A stretch of DNA of 63,144 nt, filler included, from Octopus bimaculoides (GCF_001194135.2; 8 parts of 7 records of this genome joined end to end with filler, not necessarily neighbours in it), one strand, 5' to 3'. Numbered from the whole stretch's first letter, positions 1-15,046 are shown. A program made the numbers and translations. The notes: generated from the letters alone by a model not told the origin.

Positions 1-141
1 TTTTTTCCTTCCTATGATCCCTTTTGATCGACTCACCCCTATTGTTTTTTGTTTTTTTTTTCCTTCCCCCTCCCAAAAAGAAAAACGCTACATTGTATTT
101 GTCCCATCTTTGTTGAGCCCTGTGTGGCTAATAAAAGAAAT

Positions 142-142
142 G

Positions 143-207
<65 letters not shown>

Positions 208-261
208 CGCTGTCTGTCTATCTACCTGTCTGTCTGTTTGTCTGTCTATCTATCTATTTAT

Positions 262-321
<60 letters not shown>
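142..321 (+). repeat. (TATC)n microsatellite
   Basis: Direct reading. Confidence 0.95.
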
Positions 322-323
<2 letters not shown>

Positions 324-1370
324 GTGCGTCTGTCACTCCGTTTGGTTGAACGCATTAAAAAAACAATACGCTAAATGTAAACGCACACACTCGGGTATAT
401 ACTTACGCACACGTTTGTACTCACTCAAACGCATACGCTCTCTCTTTCTCTTTCACACACATGCATGTACACTCTCTCACACAACAATTAAACATTTTCG
501 AGAGCAAACAATAGCAATTATATTTCCCATTCGATTTACCTGTAATATAACCTTTGTGACGATTTTTCACCCCCGCAATATAGTTTGGTGTCTTTAAGTG
601 CAGTATTTGACTATAAAGGATTTTTTTTTTTAAGAAGTAAAAATGAAAATAATAGAAAAGAGTAAAAAAAAAAAGCATTACCAGATAATATCAAAGAGTT
701 GAAAAGAAAAAATAAAAGAAAGTAAAACGTCACGCTAATGATATCGAAATTGTGGAACGAGTGATATAGGAAATAAATATAGCGCAAAGGAAACTGTAGT
801 AAAGGAAAAACGCAAGTGTAAAAGTATTGAATGAAGTTTTTTTAATGAATGGGTGCCACCTTCAATTGTTTGCGGTATACATACATACATACATACATAC
901 ATATAAAATATATATATATATNNNNNNNNNNNNNNNNNNNNNNNNNNNNNNNNNNNNNNNNNNNNNNNNNNNNNNNNNNNNNNNNNNNNNNNNNNNNNNN
1001 NNNNNNNNNNNNNNNNNNNNNNNNNNNNNNNNNNNNNNNNNNNNNNNNNNNNNNNNNNNNNNNNNNNNNNNNNNNNNNNNNNNNNNNNNNNNNNNNNNNN
1101 NNNNNNNNNNNNNNNNNNNNNNNNNNNNNNNNNNNNNNNNNNNTATATATACTGAAAGAAAATATTCTGTTATTGAAACCGCATTACGTAAACGAACACT
1201 ATTACCGGAACCAAGGTAGTCATTTGAGCCCCAAACTTGTTTGTTATCTGAGCTAATCCCACCCACTGAAGTTATTTTTGATGATTAGATAGCATTGTAC
1301 CATTTCATCTGATTTCATCTTTGAATCCGCCTTGTCTATACGAAGGGCATGTCTTTTTTGTCTGTATCAG

Positions 1371-1489
1371 CCGATTCATCTCTAGCGAAACTTCAATCCT
1401 GCCTTAGTCTCAATTCAGAACCTATGTTAGCTAGTGAATGGGAGCTAATGTCTAAAACTAAATCTTTGAGTGAAATCAACAGTACAACT
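1371..1489 (+). CDS. Possible plus-strand internal exon DSSLAKLQSCLSLNSEPMLASEWELMSKTKSLSEINSTT
   Basis: Acceptor ttttttgtctgtatcAG|, donor ACT|GTGAGT, one open frame. No recognisable homology. Confidence 0.25.
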
Positions 1490-3621
1490 GTGAGTCAGCT
1501 TACACAGTAAATCAGCTTACTAGGATTTCAAACAGTGGCTGCTTGGGTATAGGAACGGCGGAACTGTAACACCCACTATTTCCACTTGATATTATCGATA
1601 ACATTCAGTATAATGAGCCTTTTTTTCTCTTGTTCTTTCTTTATACTTGTAGACTATATAATCCTTAAGCTTAATATCAGTAGCCATCCCATAATTTATG
1701 AAAAAAAATACAAACATCCATGTATAGAACTGTACGCTTCACAGTTCCAGGACGCAGTGTTTGGCAGTTGTGTGCATGCTCACATGTTCGAGATAGGAAA
1801 CTTCACACAAGGGAACAGAGAGCACTGCGTGAACGACAGTGCCGGGTGAAAGGTAGTGTTACTTTTTGACTCCACGTGTGTTGTGCTTAAAAACGTGTTT
1901 ATATTCTTGAATGTGATAAAGTGTAGGATTAGATTATTATCCTGCTACCAACTTCGGTGCTGCTGCCAGGATTTGAAAAATGAGGCACATTTCCCGCCTT
2001 ATTTTGTGACTTAGGGTGATTTTTGAAAAACAAGGGGGAATTCGCTGCGGTGTTCAGGGAACAAATTAAATGCACTACCCAGCAGTAGCTAAAACGCGAA
2101 CCGATCAAGTTTATGTATAAATTTCCTTTTACACCAAATTCAAACGACTAAAAATTTTCTGAAGCAGTACCCCAACTAATTTTATCTACGAGCCGCCACT
2201 GGTTTCAAACAACCGTAACCATTTAATCAGTCTTACCCTGAGTTCAATACTTCATGCCGTCTCATTCTTTCACTTGAGATATCAGTTTTGACACACATTG
2301 GCTATATCCTGGTTATATGCCTATAAACAGTGGCAAATAATTAGAATTACACGAATGACATCGTCTGAAACCGATCGGATGAGTAATGCGTAAAAATTGA
2401 CAATCATTTTGATTAATTCGTCTGAAGAAATGTAGTTGAAATCTATATGTTCAACCAGAGGCAACAATGAATTGAATTTTAAAAGTATGTTTTCGAATTG
2501 TTTCTTTTTAATTCTCATTTTATTCGAAAATATGTCTGCTTTGGATATTTGTATATTTTGAAGTCGATGAAGAGTTTATAGAGAAATATTAAATGTAGGA
2601 TAAATATCCATCTATGTGTCATGCTTAATGTCATCGCCGATAGGCCAGTTACAGCAATATTCATCCAAAGATAACACCTTTTATGGGCCATCCACAGTAT
2701 AGATATATAGATTATTTTAATTAAATACTACCTAAATTCCAAATAACAGATTTTTAATCAACCGGGCGGCTCTTCGCAACATCAGCGATTGATTTTTTAA
2801 AACTTTTCCTTTATCAAAGACGATGAATTCTCGTCTGAGATGTGGCTAGCTTCGTGTATGTGCGATTGAAAAGGCCGGAGTGCATGTGGCACTCTCACTA
2901 ACCGCTGTTGCGATTAACTTTCCTCCCCTCTCTGATATTTTGTGTTTTTAACACAGCAAGTTCATAAGAAGTGTCTCAAGGCAAACACTGCAGTAACTGG
3001 CCTATCGACAGAGTGTATGTATTAAATGATATACAGATGGATATTTTAATTAAACACTACCTCAGTTGTATATACCAGGTATATGATAAATGTCAAGAAG
3101 TTAATAACATAGCAGGGTACTTCCTGTGCTGGCTTTGTACCGAAATTTGAAATAATTGTGCGTCAATCTATATACATGAATGCAGATACAGACTTGCGCG
3201 TTTCTATATTTTTAAGTATCTTTACCATACATGGGTTTTTGGCATCGGTGTGATATGAAATCAAAACAATTAATTTCAGTAACATTTTTAATTATAAACC
3301 AATTTCGCTTGGGATTGTTGACCAAAGAAATAGATATAACAGAAATAGATACAACAGATGTACGAAGATGGTATAAGAAACAAAATTTGTGTCCAGTATG
3401 CAAACCTTGCGACAAAGTAATAATCGTCTTTTATATCACTGTAATGTGCCGTCAATTCTTTGTACTATAGGTACTCTTTATTCTCTTTACTCTTTTACTT
3501 GTTTCGGTCATTTGACTGTGGCCATGCTGGAGCACCGCCTTTAGCCGAGCAAATCGACCCCAGGACTTATTCTTTGGAAGCCTAGTACTTATTCTATCGG
3601 TCTCTTTTGCCGAACCGCTAA

Positions 3622-3657
<36 letters not shown>

Positions 3658-5263
3658 NNNNNNNNNNNNNNNNNNNNNNNNNNNNNNNNNNNNNNNNNNN
3701 NNNNNNNNNNNNNNNNNNNNNNNNNNNNNNNNNNNNNNNNNNNNNNNNNNNNNNNNNNNNNNNNNNNNNNNNNNNNNNNNNNNNNNNNNNNNNNNNNNNN
3801 NNNNNNNNNNNNNNNNNTTTTTTTTTTTTTTTTTTTTGTGGGCTGGGTGCAGCTAGTCGATTATATCGGCCCTTGTGTTCGCCTGATACTTGTTTTATCG
3901 ACTTCGAAAGATAAATAGTAAACTCCATCTCGGCTGAATTTGAACTCAAAACGTAAACCTCGAAGAAATGCTGTTAGGCATTTTATTCGGCGTGCCAGCT
4001 CGCCGTTTTCATACCGTCAATACTGACGCGTTTATCTTACTTTTAAAATATGTTAAAATAATAAGGAAATATAATTAAAAATATGTTAATTTAGTTTTAT
4101 TTCTCTGTACAAATATTTACAGACTGTAATTTAACTTATATTAATCAGTGAACTTCAGAATTTTCTTTTTAAGTGTTTACATAACATTTTCCTTCTCTAC
4201 TGCCTAAGGCGCACATACCACATACACACACACGCTCGCACATATGTACATGAACTCGCACACACGACGCGCACATAAACACGTGCACACACATACACGA
4301 ACACGCATGTACACAACAAACACCTGCGCACACAAATACAGTTCCATGGAAAGGTTACCTTTCTGTTTTTCTTCTCTACAAAACAAATAAACTTAATACA
4401 TTTTTCATGTATAATGTGTATGGTCACATACGTACGTGTGAATGAGCGTGTGTGCACGCTCATGTGTTTGTGTGCGGTTGAGTCAGAGTGTGTGGCCATG
4501 CTAGGGCAACACCATTAATGTTGTTGTTATGATATTTTGTTTCATGTCCACGGCATTCTCTCCGTGTTCGGTTTTGATGAACGAATGAGGTAGACGAAGC
4601 CGCTTCATGCTCTGATAGGGATTTATCTGGTATCTCCGATAAAAATTTGACTTTACAGCTATATATGTAACCTAAACTAACATAGGCAGTCTAGTTTTTG
4701 GATATCAAACGCGCCGCTGTTGATATCCATTGTGGTTATATGGTGATATCGTTTGTGCTTTGCACGTATGATCGAGGATCACCAGTTCAATTCCCTCTTT
4801 TCCCTGGTGATATTTTCGTTGCTTGCATTTACGAAATTTTGAGATTCCACAGCCGGCGCAAATTTACTTCCTCTTTTTATAATACTAAACTACATCTTAA
4901 CGGTTTTTGAATACTTCCACGCCGATGCCTCGTAAATCTCTGCTATTCCTGTTCTAGTCTGTCATATCAGCTTTTAAAGATACAAATAAATTGCTCGAAG
5001 AGATTTAACATCCGATTTCAAGAAGCAGGAAGCTACTGAAAACTTTCCAAAATCAAACGCAAAGTGTAACATTCTCTGGACAAATGTTACCGATATAATG
5101 ACATCATACTGATTAATAAAGAAAAATTGTTTTTGTCTTTGGACTAGAGCCGGTTGATTATCTAATGAATTTCGAACAGTCACACTCGTACTCACATAAT
5201 AAAAGCATACATATTTAGACAGGTATATTATAAACATACATGTGTGTGTGTATACATAGGTAT

Positions 5264-5316
<53 letters not shown>

Positions 5317-6088
5317 ATATATATATATATATATACACANNNNNNNNNNNNNNNNNNNNNNNNNNNNNNNNNNNNNNNNNNNNNNNNNNNNNNNNNNNNN
5401 NNNNNNNNNNNNNNNNNNNNNNNNNNNNNNNNNNNNNNNNNNNNNNNNNNNNNNNNNNNNNNNNNNNNNNNNNNNNNNNNNNNNNNNNNNNNNNNNNNNN
5501 NNNNNNNNNNNNNNNNNNNNNNNNNNNNNNNNNNNNNNNNNNNNNNNNNNNNNNNNNNNNNNNNNNNNNNNNNNNNNNNNNNNNNNNNNNNNNNNNNNNN
5601 NNNNNNNNNNNNNNNNNNNNNNNNNNNNNNNNNNNNNNNNNNNNNNNNNNNNNNNNNNNNNNNNNNNNNNNNNNNNNNNNNNNNNNNNNNNNNNNNNNNN
5701 NNNNNNNNNNNNNNNNNNNNNNNNNNNNNNNNNNNNNNNNNNNNNNNNNNNNNNNNNNNNNNNNNNNNNNNNNNNNNNNNNNNNNNNNNNNNNNNNNNNN
5801 NNNNNNNNNNNNNNNNNNNNNNNNNNNNNNNNNNNNNNNNNNNNNNNNNNNNNNNNNNNNNNNNNNNNNNNNNNNNNNNNNNNNNNNNNNNNNNNNNNNN
5901 NNNNNNNNNNNNNNNNNNNNNNNNNNNNNNNNNNNNNNNNNNNNNNNNNNNNNNNNNNNNNNNNNNNNNNNNNNNNNNNNNNNNNNNNNNNNNNNNNNNN
6001 NNNNNNNNNNNNNNNNNNNNNNNNNNNNNNNNNNNNNNNNNNNNNNNNNNNNNNNNNNNNNNNNNNNNNNNNNNNNNNNNNNNNNNNN

Positions 6089-6145
<57 letters not shown>

Positions 6146-7362
6146 TGTGTGTGTGTGTGTGTGCGTGTGTGTGTGTGTAAGAAGAAGAAAATGTGTTTTT
6201 CTCTCTTATATTGCTATGAATTAACTCCAGAGTATATTATTACAGCCAAATAATTTCAAAATGCAATAATATGCATTTAGGAACAGATTATCACAATTAA
6301 ATTATTTCAGAATACATTATTATATATTCCAACATATTATATCATATCAAAAATACATAACAACAATCAAATTATTTCAAGATTACAGATTACAAAGAAC
6401 ATTCAAACCATTTCAAAATTTCTTATTGAACTGTTTTAAAGTCCATAATTACAAAAAAAGAAAAAACATCAAAGTGCATAATTATAAACCGGTTTCACTT
6501 CTCACAGATTTCACTGCAATGTACATGTGTGTTGGCTTGCTGCTAGCCTTTACACACACACACAAACGCATGCGCACGCACACACATACGCGCGCGTATG
6601 TATGTATGTATGTATGTATGTATGTATTTATGTATATAAAAAAATAACTGAGTACTGCTAGTGTGATTTTATACTGAATCTATTGTGAAAATGAAATTAA
6701 CTGAGACTAAGTTTCACCGAACGGCTTGGTCAACAAGTGAAATAAACTTTATCTAATCACGTTTTTGTAGAGAAGAAATTTCCTAAAAGCACGAGATGTC
6801 TAAGATAGGTTTTACAGTTTCGTATAGTTTCAATAAAAGGCTTCTTTTTTATATTTTGTCCAAGACAATAAACTAAGTAAATGTTTAAAGGTTAATAAAT
6901 TAATTTACTTCCTGACTGACTTAGTCAGGAAGTAGATTAAGCAGATTAGTCAGTAGAAGTATTGGTAAAAGGGAAGGTCCGGACGGAAATGAAAAAAATG
7001 AACAATAAAAAATAGCCAAAGGGTAGAATGTTTATGAAATATAGGTCGCTACAAGCTCAATATTGAGAACAATAGCTTATCAAGTTCAGAGTGTCTTGTA
7101 CATAGTCTTGGCATATACAATGTTTTTGTTCTAAAAAAGTTCGTGTCATATGAAGTTAATGTGTAGAAAAATATAAACTTTTACATGTATAAGAGTGTAG
7201 TGTATATAGTGTGTGGATACCAATTTCAAATATAGTTTTTTGTGTGGGTATATATATATATATATAATTAATTTTTATGTAATATAAGTTTTAATCTTCG
7301 GATTTTTTAAATATGCTAACCCACTGGTTTTAATTGATTAATATCAATTCCTACCCTTATTA

Positions 7363-7403
<41 letters not shown>

Positions 7404-8489
7404 NNNNNNNNNNNNNNNNNNNNNNNNNNNNNNNNNNNNNNNNNNNNNNNNNNNNNNNNNNNNNNNNNNNNNNNNNNNNNNNNNNNNNNNNNNNNNNNNN
7501 NNNNNNNNNNNNNNNNNNNNNNNNNNNNNNNNNNNNNNNNNNNNNNNNNNNNNNNNNNNNNNNNNNNNNNNNNNNNNNNNNNNNNNNNNNNNNNNNNNNN
7601 NNNNNNNNNNNNNNNNNNNNNNNNNNNNNNNNNNNNNNNNNNNNNNNNNNNNNNNNNNNNNNNNNNNNNNNNNNNNNNNNNNNNNNNNNNNNNNNNNNNN
7701 NNNNNNNNNNNNNNNNNNNNNNNNNNNNNNNNNNNNNNNNNNNNNNNNNNNNNNNNNNNNNNNNNNNNNNNNNNNNNNNNNNNNNNNNNNNNNNNNNNNN
7801 NNNNNNNNNNNNNNNNNNNNNNNNNNNNNNNNNNNNNNNNNNNNNNNNNNNNNNNNNNNNNNNNNNNNNNNNNNNNNNNNNNNNNNNNNNNNNNNNNNNN
7901 NNNNNNNNNNNNNNNNNNNNNNNNNNNNNNNNNNNNNNNNNNNNNNNNNNNNNNNNNNNNNNNNNNNNNNNNNNNNNNNNNNNNNNNNNNNNNNNNNNNN
8001 NNNNNNNNNNNNNNNNNNNNNNNNNNNNNNNNNNNNNNNNNNNNNNNNNNNNNNNNNNNNNNNNNNNNNNNNNNNNNNNNNNCTAAAATCTGGTAAACAA
8101 ACAAGCACCGAGTGTCAAGTGGTGGTGGCGAGACAAACACAAAGGCAAACATACATATACATATACATACAAATATGACGGGCAGTCCCGTCATATTTGG
8201 TCTTCACGACATAACTTGGTCTTTACGACAGAATACACACATATATATTTTGGGGGTAAAACTGACAATTTTTTAATCTCTCCTTTTATCAAGAACAGCT
8301 TGATATATTAATAAACAGACAACATCTATTTGACGTCATAATAACAAAATGGCGAATTTTAAAGTTTTTTTCGTCTAATTCAGCGGTTCCCCAACTTTTC
8401 ACAGTGGTTCTCAATTATGAATAACCATATCAAGTCCACAATTTCTCCTTTTCTTTCACTTTCTCTCTCCCTCTCTCTGTGTCATTCGT

Positions 8490-8546
<57 letters not shown>

Positions 8547-9543
8547 NNNNNNNNNNNNNNNNNNNNNNNNNNNNNNNNNNNNNNNNNNNNNNNNNNNNNN
8601 NNNNNNNNNNNNNNNNNNNNNNNNNNNNNNNNNNNNNNNNNNNNNNNNNNNNNNNNNNNNNNNNNNNNNNNNNNNNNNNNNNNNNNNNNNNNNNNNNNNN
8701 NNNNNNNNNNNNNNNNNNNNNNNNNNNNNNNNNNNNNNNNNNNNNNNNNNNNNNNNNNNNNNNNNNNNNNNNNNNNNNNNNNNNNNNNNNNNNNNNNNNN
8801 NNNNNNNNNNNNNNNNNNNNNNNNNNNNNNNNNNNNNNNNNNNNNNNNNNNNNNNNNNNNNNNNNNNNNNNNNNNNNNNNNNNNNNNNNNNNNNNNNNNN
8901 NNNNNNNNNNNNNNNNNNNNNNNNNNNNNNNNNNNNNNNNNNNNNNNNNNNNNNNNNNNNNNNNNNNNNNNNNNNNNNNNNNNNNNNNNNNNNNNNNNNN
9001 NNNNNNNNNNNNNNNNNNNNNNNNNNNNNNNNNNNNNNNNNNNNNNNNNNNNNNNNNNNNNNNNNNNNNNNNNNNNNNNCCTAGCGAATCGTGCATGTAC
9101 AGCCATTTCAACATTTCATCCGATAATCACTCCAGCAGGAACTATTCGGATAGAATAGGGCATGCAAAATCTAGGCCGAAACAACTGTAAGATTAAACTT
9201 TTGTTCATTCTCTAATTCCTTATGTACTTTGTACTTTTATCTGTAAATCCGGTTGTCAAAATAACATGGTTTGTCATAAACACCTGTACTTTGTGGGGGG
9301 TTTTTTTTGTCACTTTAGCTATGAATTAAATTAATGAATTCAACGGGATACACTGTCTGCAAGTCGTTGGGTTCAGCATATTATCCTCCATTTTCTAATT
9401 GATATACAAATTTAGGGTAACCACCCCCTTTTACCCGCTCCCATTTATTGCACTTGGTATTACACTAGTGTAACAATAATTGGGTATCCTCCTAGCTACT
9501 ATCCCTTGGTGGGTTGAATCCTCAACCCCTAACNNNNNNNNNN

Positions 9544-9581
<38 letters not shown>

Positions 9582-9702
9582 CCTATACAGATATATATCA
9601 TGTAGTATAATAGATATATGTTTAAGTAATATACATATATATGTGTGTGGGTGTGCGTGTGTGTGTATGTACATGTAATATACATATATATATGTATGTA
9701 TG

Positions 9703-9752
<50 letters not shown>

Positions 9753-10575
9753 CATATATACATGTATGTGTGTGTGTGTGTGTTGTCACTCTCTATATGT
9801 ATATACATAAATACTTATACGTACATATACACACATTCACTTATATGTATATGTATACAATGGCGAGATTTTGATGTAATAATGCACAGTCCTTATAAAC
9901 AGAGATTTTCTCCTCCCATGAAATTCTAACAGATGTGTCATTTTGTAATCGAATGCTTTAAATCAGACACACAAGTTTGGAATGCATATGGGAGAAATCT
10001 GACCTAGCCACAATGACTAGTTTGGTGTCTGAGAGAAACACATTGCATTCACATGTACATATACTCACATCCACACCGAGAGAGAGTAAGAGAGAGAGAG
10101 AGTGGGGAAAGAAGAGAGAGAGAGAGGGGGGCAAACGGGAGAGAAACAATGATTATATAATTGACTCTCTAATCAACCAATTGACAAGGACGTCTAGTTG
10201 CTGTTGTGACCCCTATAAGGTTTTAAGATATTTAGCAAAGAATAATGAACAAAGGGCCATTTGGAATACACTGTTGTCCAATATCAATTCTTTTTTTTTG
10301 GTCGGAAAATGGCCTCCAGTTACGTGGATAATTAGCAGTTTGGGGAAGGTATGAATGTAACAACATATTTGCTTGTTCCCTTTCCCATAAAAACAAGGTC
10401 TGGAGAATTCATATCTTTGTGTGATACAATCTCGCAAACATACTCCCACACACGCGCGCGCGCGCGCATATATATATATATATGCATATCATATTTGACC
10501 TGTTCATTTAAATTCACATCATTGACTCAATGAGTTAGATTACGTAACGACACACACACGCACACACACACTCTC

Positions 10576-10634
<59 letters not shown>

Positions 10635-10660
10635 NNNNNNNNNNNNNNNNNNNNNNNNNN

Positions 10661-10704
<44 letters not shown>

Positions 10705-11010
10705 CGCACAAGCATATGTATGTATGTATGTATGTATGTATGTGTATGTTTGCATATTTATATATATATAATAATAATACAGATAATATGTGAGTATATG
10801 CATATGTACGTACATGTATGTACATGCCTCATCTATATGCATATATAGATGCATATCTGGGTACAGGACGTCACAAAAAATGTGGGCAATGAAAAACAGA
10901 ACATAAACAAAGCACAGAAAACACACAGGCCGCATAGAGAACATTTCCTTCATCAGCTGCCACCATCCTAAAACTAAGCGTTTCGAAGAGTTATATATAT
11001 ATATATATAC

Positions 11011-11049
<39 letters not shown>

Positions 11050-11254
11050 CATATACACACATGCATGTGTGTGTGTGTGTGTGTGTATGTGTGTGTGTGT
11101 GTGCGTGTGTGTGTGTGTAAAGGCGCATGGCTTAGTAGTTAGGGATATTCGGCTCGCGATCGTAGGGTCACTGTATCGTTGAGCAAGACATTTTATTTTT
11201 ACGTTGCTCTAGTCCACTCAGCTGGCAAAAATGAGCTTTACCTTTAGAATATTG

Positions 11255-11551
<297 letters not shown>

Positions 11552-13149
11552 CTACACATGTATATAATTATACCGCTATCTCTGAAAAGTTTCATTCAAT
11601 TAAAAAAATGTATCCATTTAATAAATTCCGGAAGAGCACTTAGTCGCTAAATATTTGTACATTTGATTCCCAATTTGTGTGATTTTCTGATATGCTATGT
11701 CTAATTCCCCTCTGTATCCTTTATTCGTTAAATAAATCTAGAATATGAAGTATCCAAAGCCGGTGGTAGAATTTATGAAGGAATCAGGTATTCTCTTGCC
11801 ATAATATAAGCTGCATAAAAATCCTCAGATTACCGTGAGTATACATATCAGAAGATATGCGTCTGGTGTGTACACACAGTATGTTCTGAAAAGAAATGAA
11901 AAGTCAAATCGAAAATCTTACTGTAGTTTCGAACACGTGTGATTGTATAACTTATCATTTCTTCTGCATTAAGGCTGTGAGCTGCAGAATGTTAACACAC
12001 CGGACGAAGTGCTTCGCAACATTTTACTTGTCTTTACCTTCTGAGTTCAAATTCTGCCGAGGTTGACTTTGCCCGTCGTCCTTTAGAAGTTGATAAAATG
12101 AATTCCAGTTGAACACTGGGATCGATGTAGTCGACTAACTCCTCCATACAAATTTCTGCCCTTGTGCATATTGGGGAAAGAGTCTTTCCATCTGTATTAT
12201 TTTTCCGTCAATATATATATTTATGCATTTTAGTATTAATTTTTAAAAAATATAAGCACAAGGTGTGAAATTGCTGGGGAGAGGACTAGTCGATTATATC
12301 GACCCCAGTGTTCAATTAGTACTTAATTTTGTCGATCCCGATAGGATGAAAGGCAAAGTTAAACTCGGTAGCATTTGAACCCAGAATATAAAGCGGAAAG
12401 AAATGCCGCTAAACATTTTGTCTGGTGTGTTAACAATTCTATATGCTTCCTGCTTTCACATTTTAGCATTAATAACCCATATAAGAACATAATTACCGAT
12501 GTACAAACAATTATCCATGAGAAATGATATTTTTTTTATTTCCGTTCATCATATGAACTACGATGACACAAACAGCTCAGCATAAGTATTAACAATGGGA
12601 AACATATAACAGGTTTTATGTCATAGCCGTATGTGTAAGAGAGAGAAAGAGACAGACAGACAGCGACAGAGACAGAGAGGCAGAGAGAAAGGACAAAGAG
12701 GGGTGCTATTTCATATTGAATTAACATTAGTTTACAGCAAGTCGACGTACTGGCAGTACCGTTAGCCTATCGGGCAAAATACTTGCTGGCATTTTGTCTG
12801 TCTTTACGTTTTGAGTTCAAATTCCTTTGCTGTCCTTGTGCCAAAATTTGAAATCGGTAATAATAAAAGAAGTTTGAAGACTTTGATCGGAAAAATATTA
12901 GAACTAGGGTTTTTTTCAAATTCTTTCAGACAATGTAGACTTTCATAGTTACTTTCTTTTAATAAAAGTTACTTAATTCCATCTAATTAATAAGCAGCTT
13001 TCTCATGAGAGTACACAAGCGCGTGCGGCGCACGCGCACACATACACATATCGATGGATACAGATTTAGTTATATGTACATAAAGACATGTACTATAAAT
13101 ATCAAAGTCTTGTGAGTGGATTTGGGCAATGAAGAGTGAAAGAAGCCCG

Positions 13150-13217
<68 letters not shown>

Positions 13218-14136
13218 TGCGTGTGACTGTGTGTGTGTGAGTGTGCGTCNNNNNNNNNNNNNNNNNNNNNNNNNNNNNNNNNNNNNNNNNNNNNNNNNNN
13301 NNNNNNNNNNNNNNNNNNNNNNNNNNNNNNNNNNNNNNNNNNNNNNNNNNNNNNNNNNNNNNNNNNNNNNNNNNNNNNNNNNNNNNNNNNNNNNNNNNNN
13401 NNNNNNNNNNNNNNNNNNNNNNNNNNNNNNNNNNNNNNNNNNNNNNNNNNNNNNNNNNNNNNNNNNNNNNNNNNNNNNNNNNNNNNNNNNNNNNNNNNNN
13501 NNNNNNNNNNNNNNNNNNNNNNNNNNNNNNNNNNNNNNNNNNNNNNNNNNNNNNNNNNNNNNNNNNNNNNNNNNNNNNNNNNNNNNNNNNNNNNNNNNNN
13601 NNNNNNNNNNNNNNNNNNNNNNNNNNNNNNNNNNNNNNNNNNNNNNNNNNNNNNNNNNNNNNNNNNNNNNNNNNNNNNNNNNNNNNNNNNNNNNNNNNNN
13701 NNNNNNNNNNNNNNNNNNNNNNNNNNNNNNNNNNNNNNNNNNNNNNNNNNNNNNNNNNNNNNNNNNNNNNNNNNNNNNNNNNNNNNNNNNNNNNNNNNNN
13801 NNNNNNNNNNNNNNNNNNNNNNNNNNNNNNNNNNNNNNNNNNNNNNNNNNNNNNNNNNNNNNNNNNNNNNNNNNNNNNNNNNNNNNNNNNNNNNNNNNNN
13901 NNNNNNNNNNNNNNNNNNNNNNNNNNNNNNNNNNNNNNNNNNNNNNNNNNNNNNNNNNNNNNNNNNNNNNNNNNNNNNNNNNNNNNNNNNNNNNNNNNNN
14001 NNNNNNNNNNNNNNNNNNNNNNNNNNNNNNNNNNNNNNNNNNNNNNNNNNNNNNNNNNNNNNNNNNNNNNNNNNNNNNNNNNNNNNNNNNNNNNNNNNNN
14101 NNNNNNNNNNNNNNNNNNNNNNNNNNNNNNNNNNNN

Positions 14137-14171
<35 letters not shown>

Positions 14172-14849
14172 CTATGAGAATTTGTTGTTTGCTTGACAGG
14201 ACGTTCACTGTAAGACGCGTTCATTCGTGGGTTGATTTAATCTAACTTCACCTGAACGAGAAATGCCATAGTTTGATAAAAATCGTCGTTTGATAACGAT
14301 ATTGCACTCACTGACCAGGAGTTGGGGTCAAACATGTAGATTAATGGCATTCTGTCATTTCAGTGCAGTTATTTGCAACTGTTATAGATTCTGTACTTCG
14401 TTCACGCCGTTCCATTACCGAACTTAACTCCGTACCTTTACACTTTTACAACACTGTTTTTGTATACGCATCCTAACACATTTTACAAATTCTTTGAAAG
14501 TTTCTATTGAAATTCTTCACTTCTTCGATAGATATTTGACTTTACGTTCCTTGTTGATTTTGCCATGGCTTTCAAGAAACTGTTTTTTCGTTTTCCGCCA
14601 TTATCTTTTACATTTTTGTCTCCTGTTTTTAATTGTATATTTCGGGTGTAGAGGTAATTGATATTCGATATTAAGCAAAAGAGTAAATTCAATAAAAGTG
14701 TCTTTCCATCATCTGCAGAGGCGTTTCGATATTCATATTCGATCATTGTATCCGTTGATAATTCATTCATTTTTAATATGTTCCAGTTGGTTCGAACGTG
14801 AATACACTAATCACTGTCATGTTTCATCATTGGAGAACAACTTCTCCTT

Positions 14850-15046
14850 TCAAACGAATATGTGTTCATAACAATCTTCATTCATTAGCGTAAGAAAACT
14901 TTTGGGTGACTGGGTTTTCGATATCATTCTGTATTGGCAACCAAAGGCACTTCGAACTGATAAATCTAACAAGAGAAGAACGAGTATGAAGGGGAGACAC
15001 CCGACTGCTCTGCTACGATGGGAGAGGATAACTCTGCTCGCCATGT
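14850..15046 (-). CDS. Candidate exon MASRVILSHRSRAVGCLPFILVLLLLDLSVRSAFGCQYRMISKTQSPKSFLTLMNEDCYEHIFV* (signal peptide or TM segment)
   Basis: Acceptor tttttacAG| 2 nt before an ATG in good context (agacATGG), basic-hydrophobic-AFG pattern, unique sequence. No homologue recognised. Confidence 0.4.

Noticed and set aside
14-597. ORFs with IYLS/YLSI, CVCV, YIYI or THTH repeats here and throughout
   Set aside because: They are translations of microsatellites with no splice or composition support.
2237-2320. Minus-strand exon with donor AGG|GTAAGA
   Set aside because: Stops in all three frames from the acceptor; no partner exon found.
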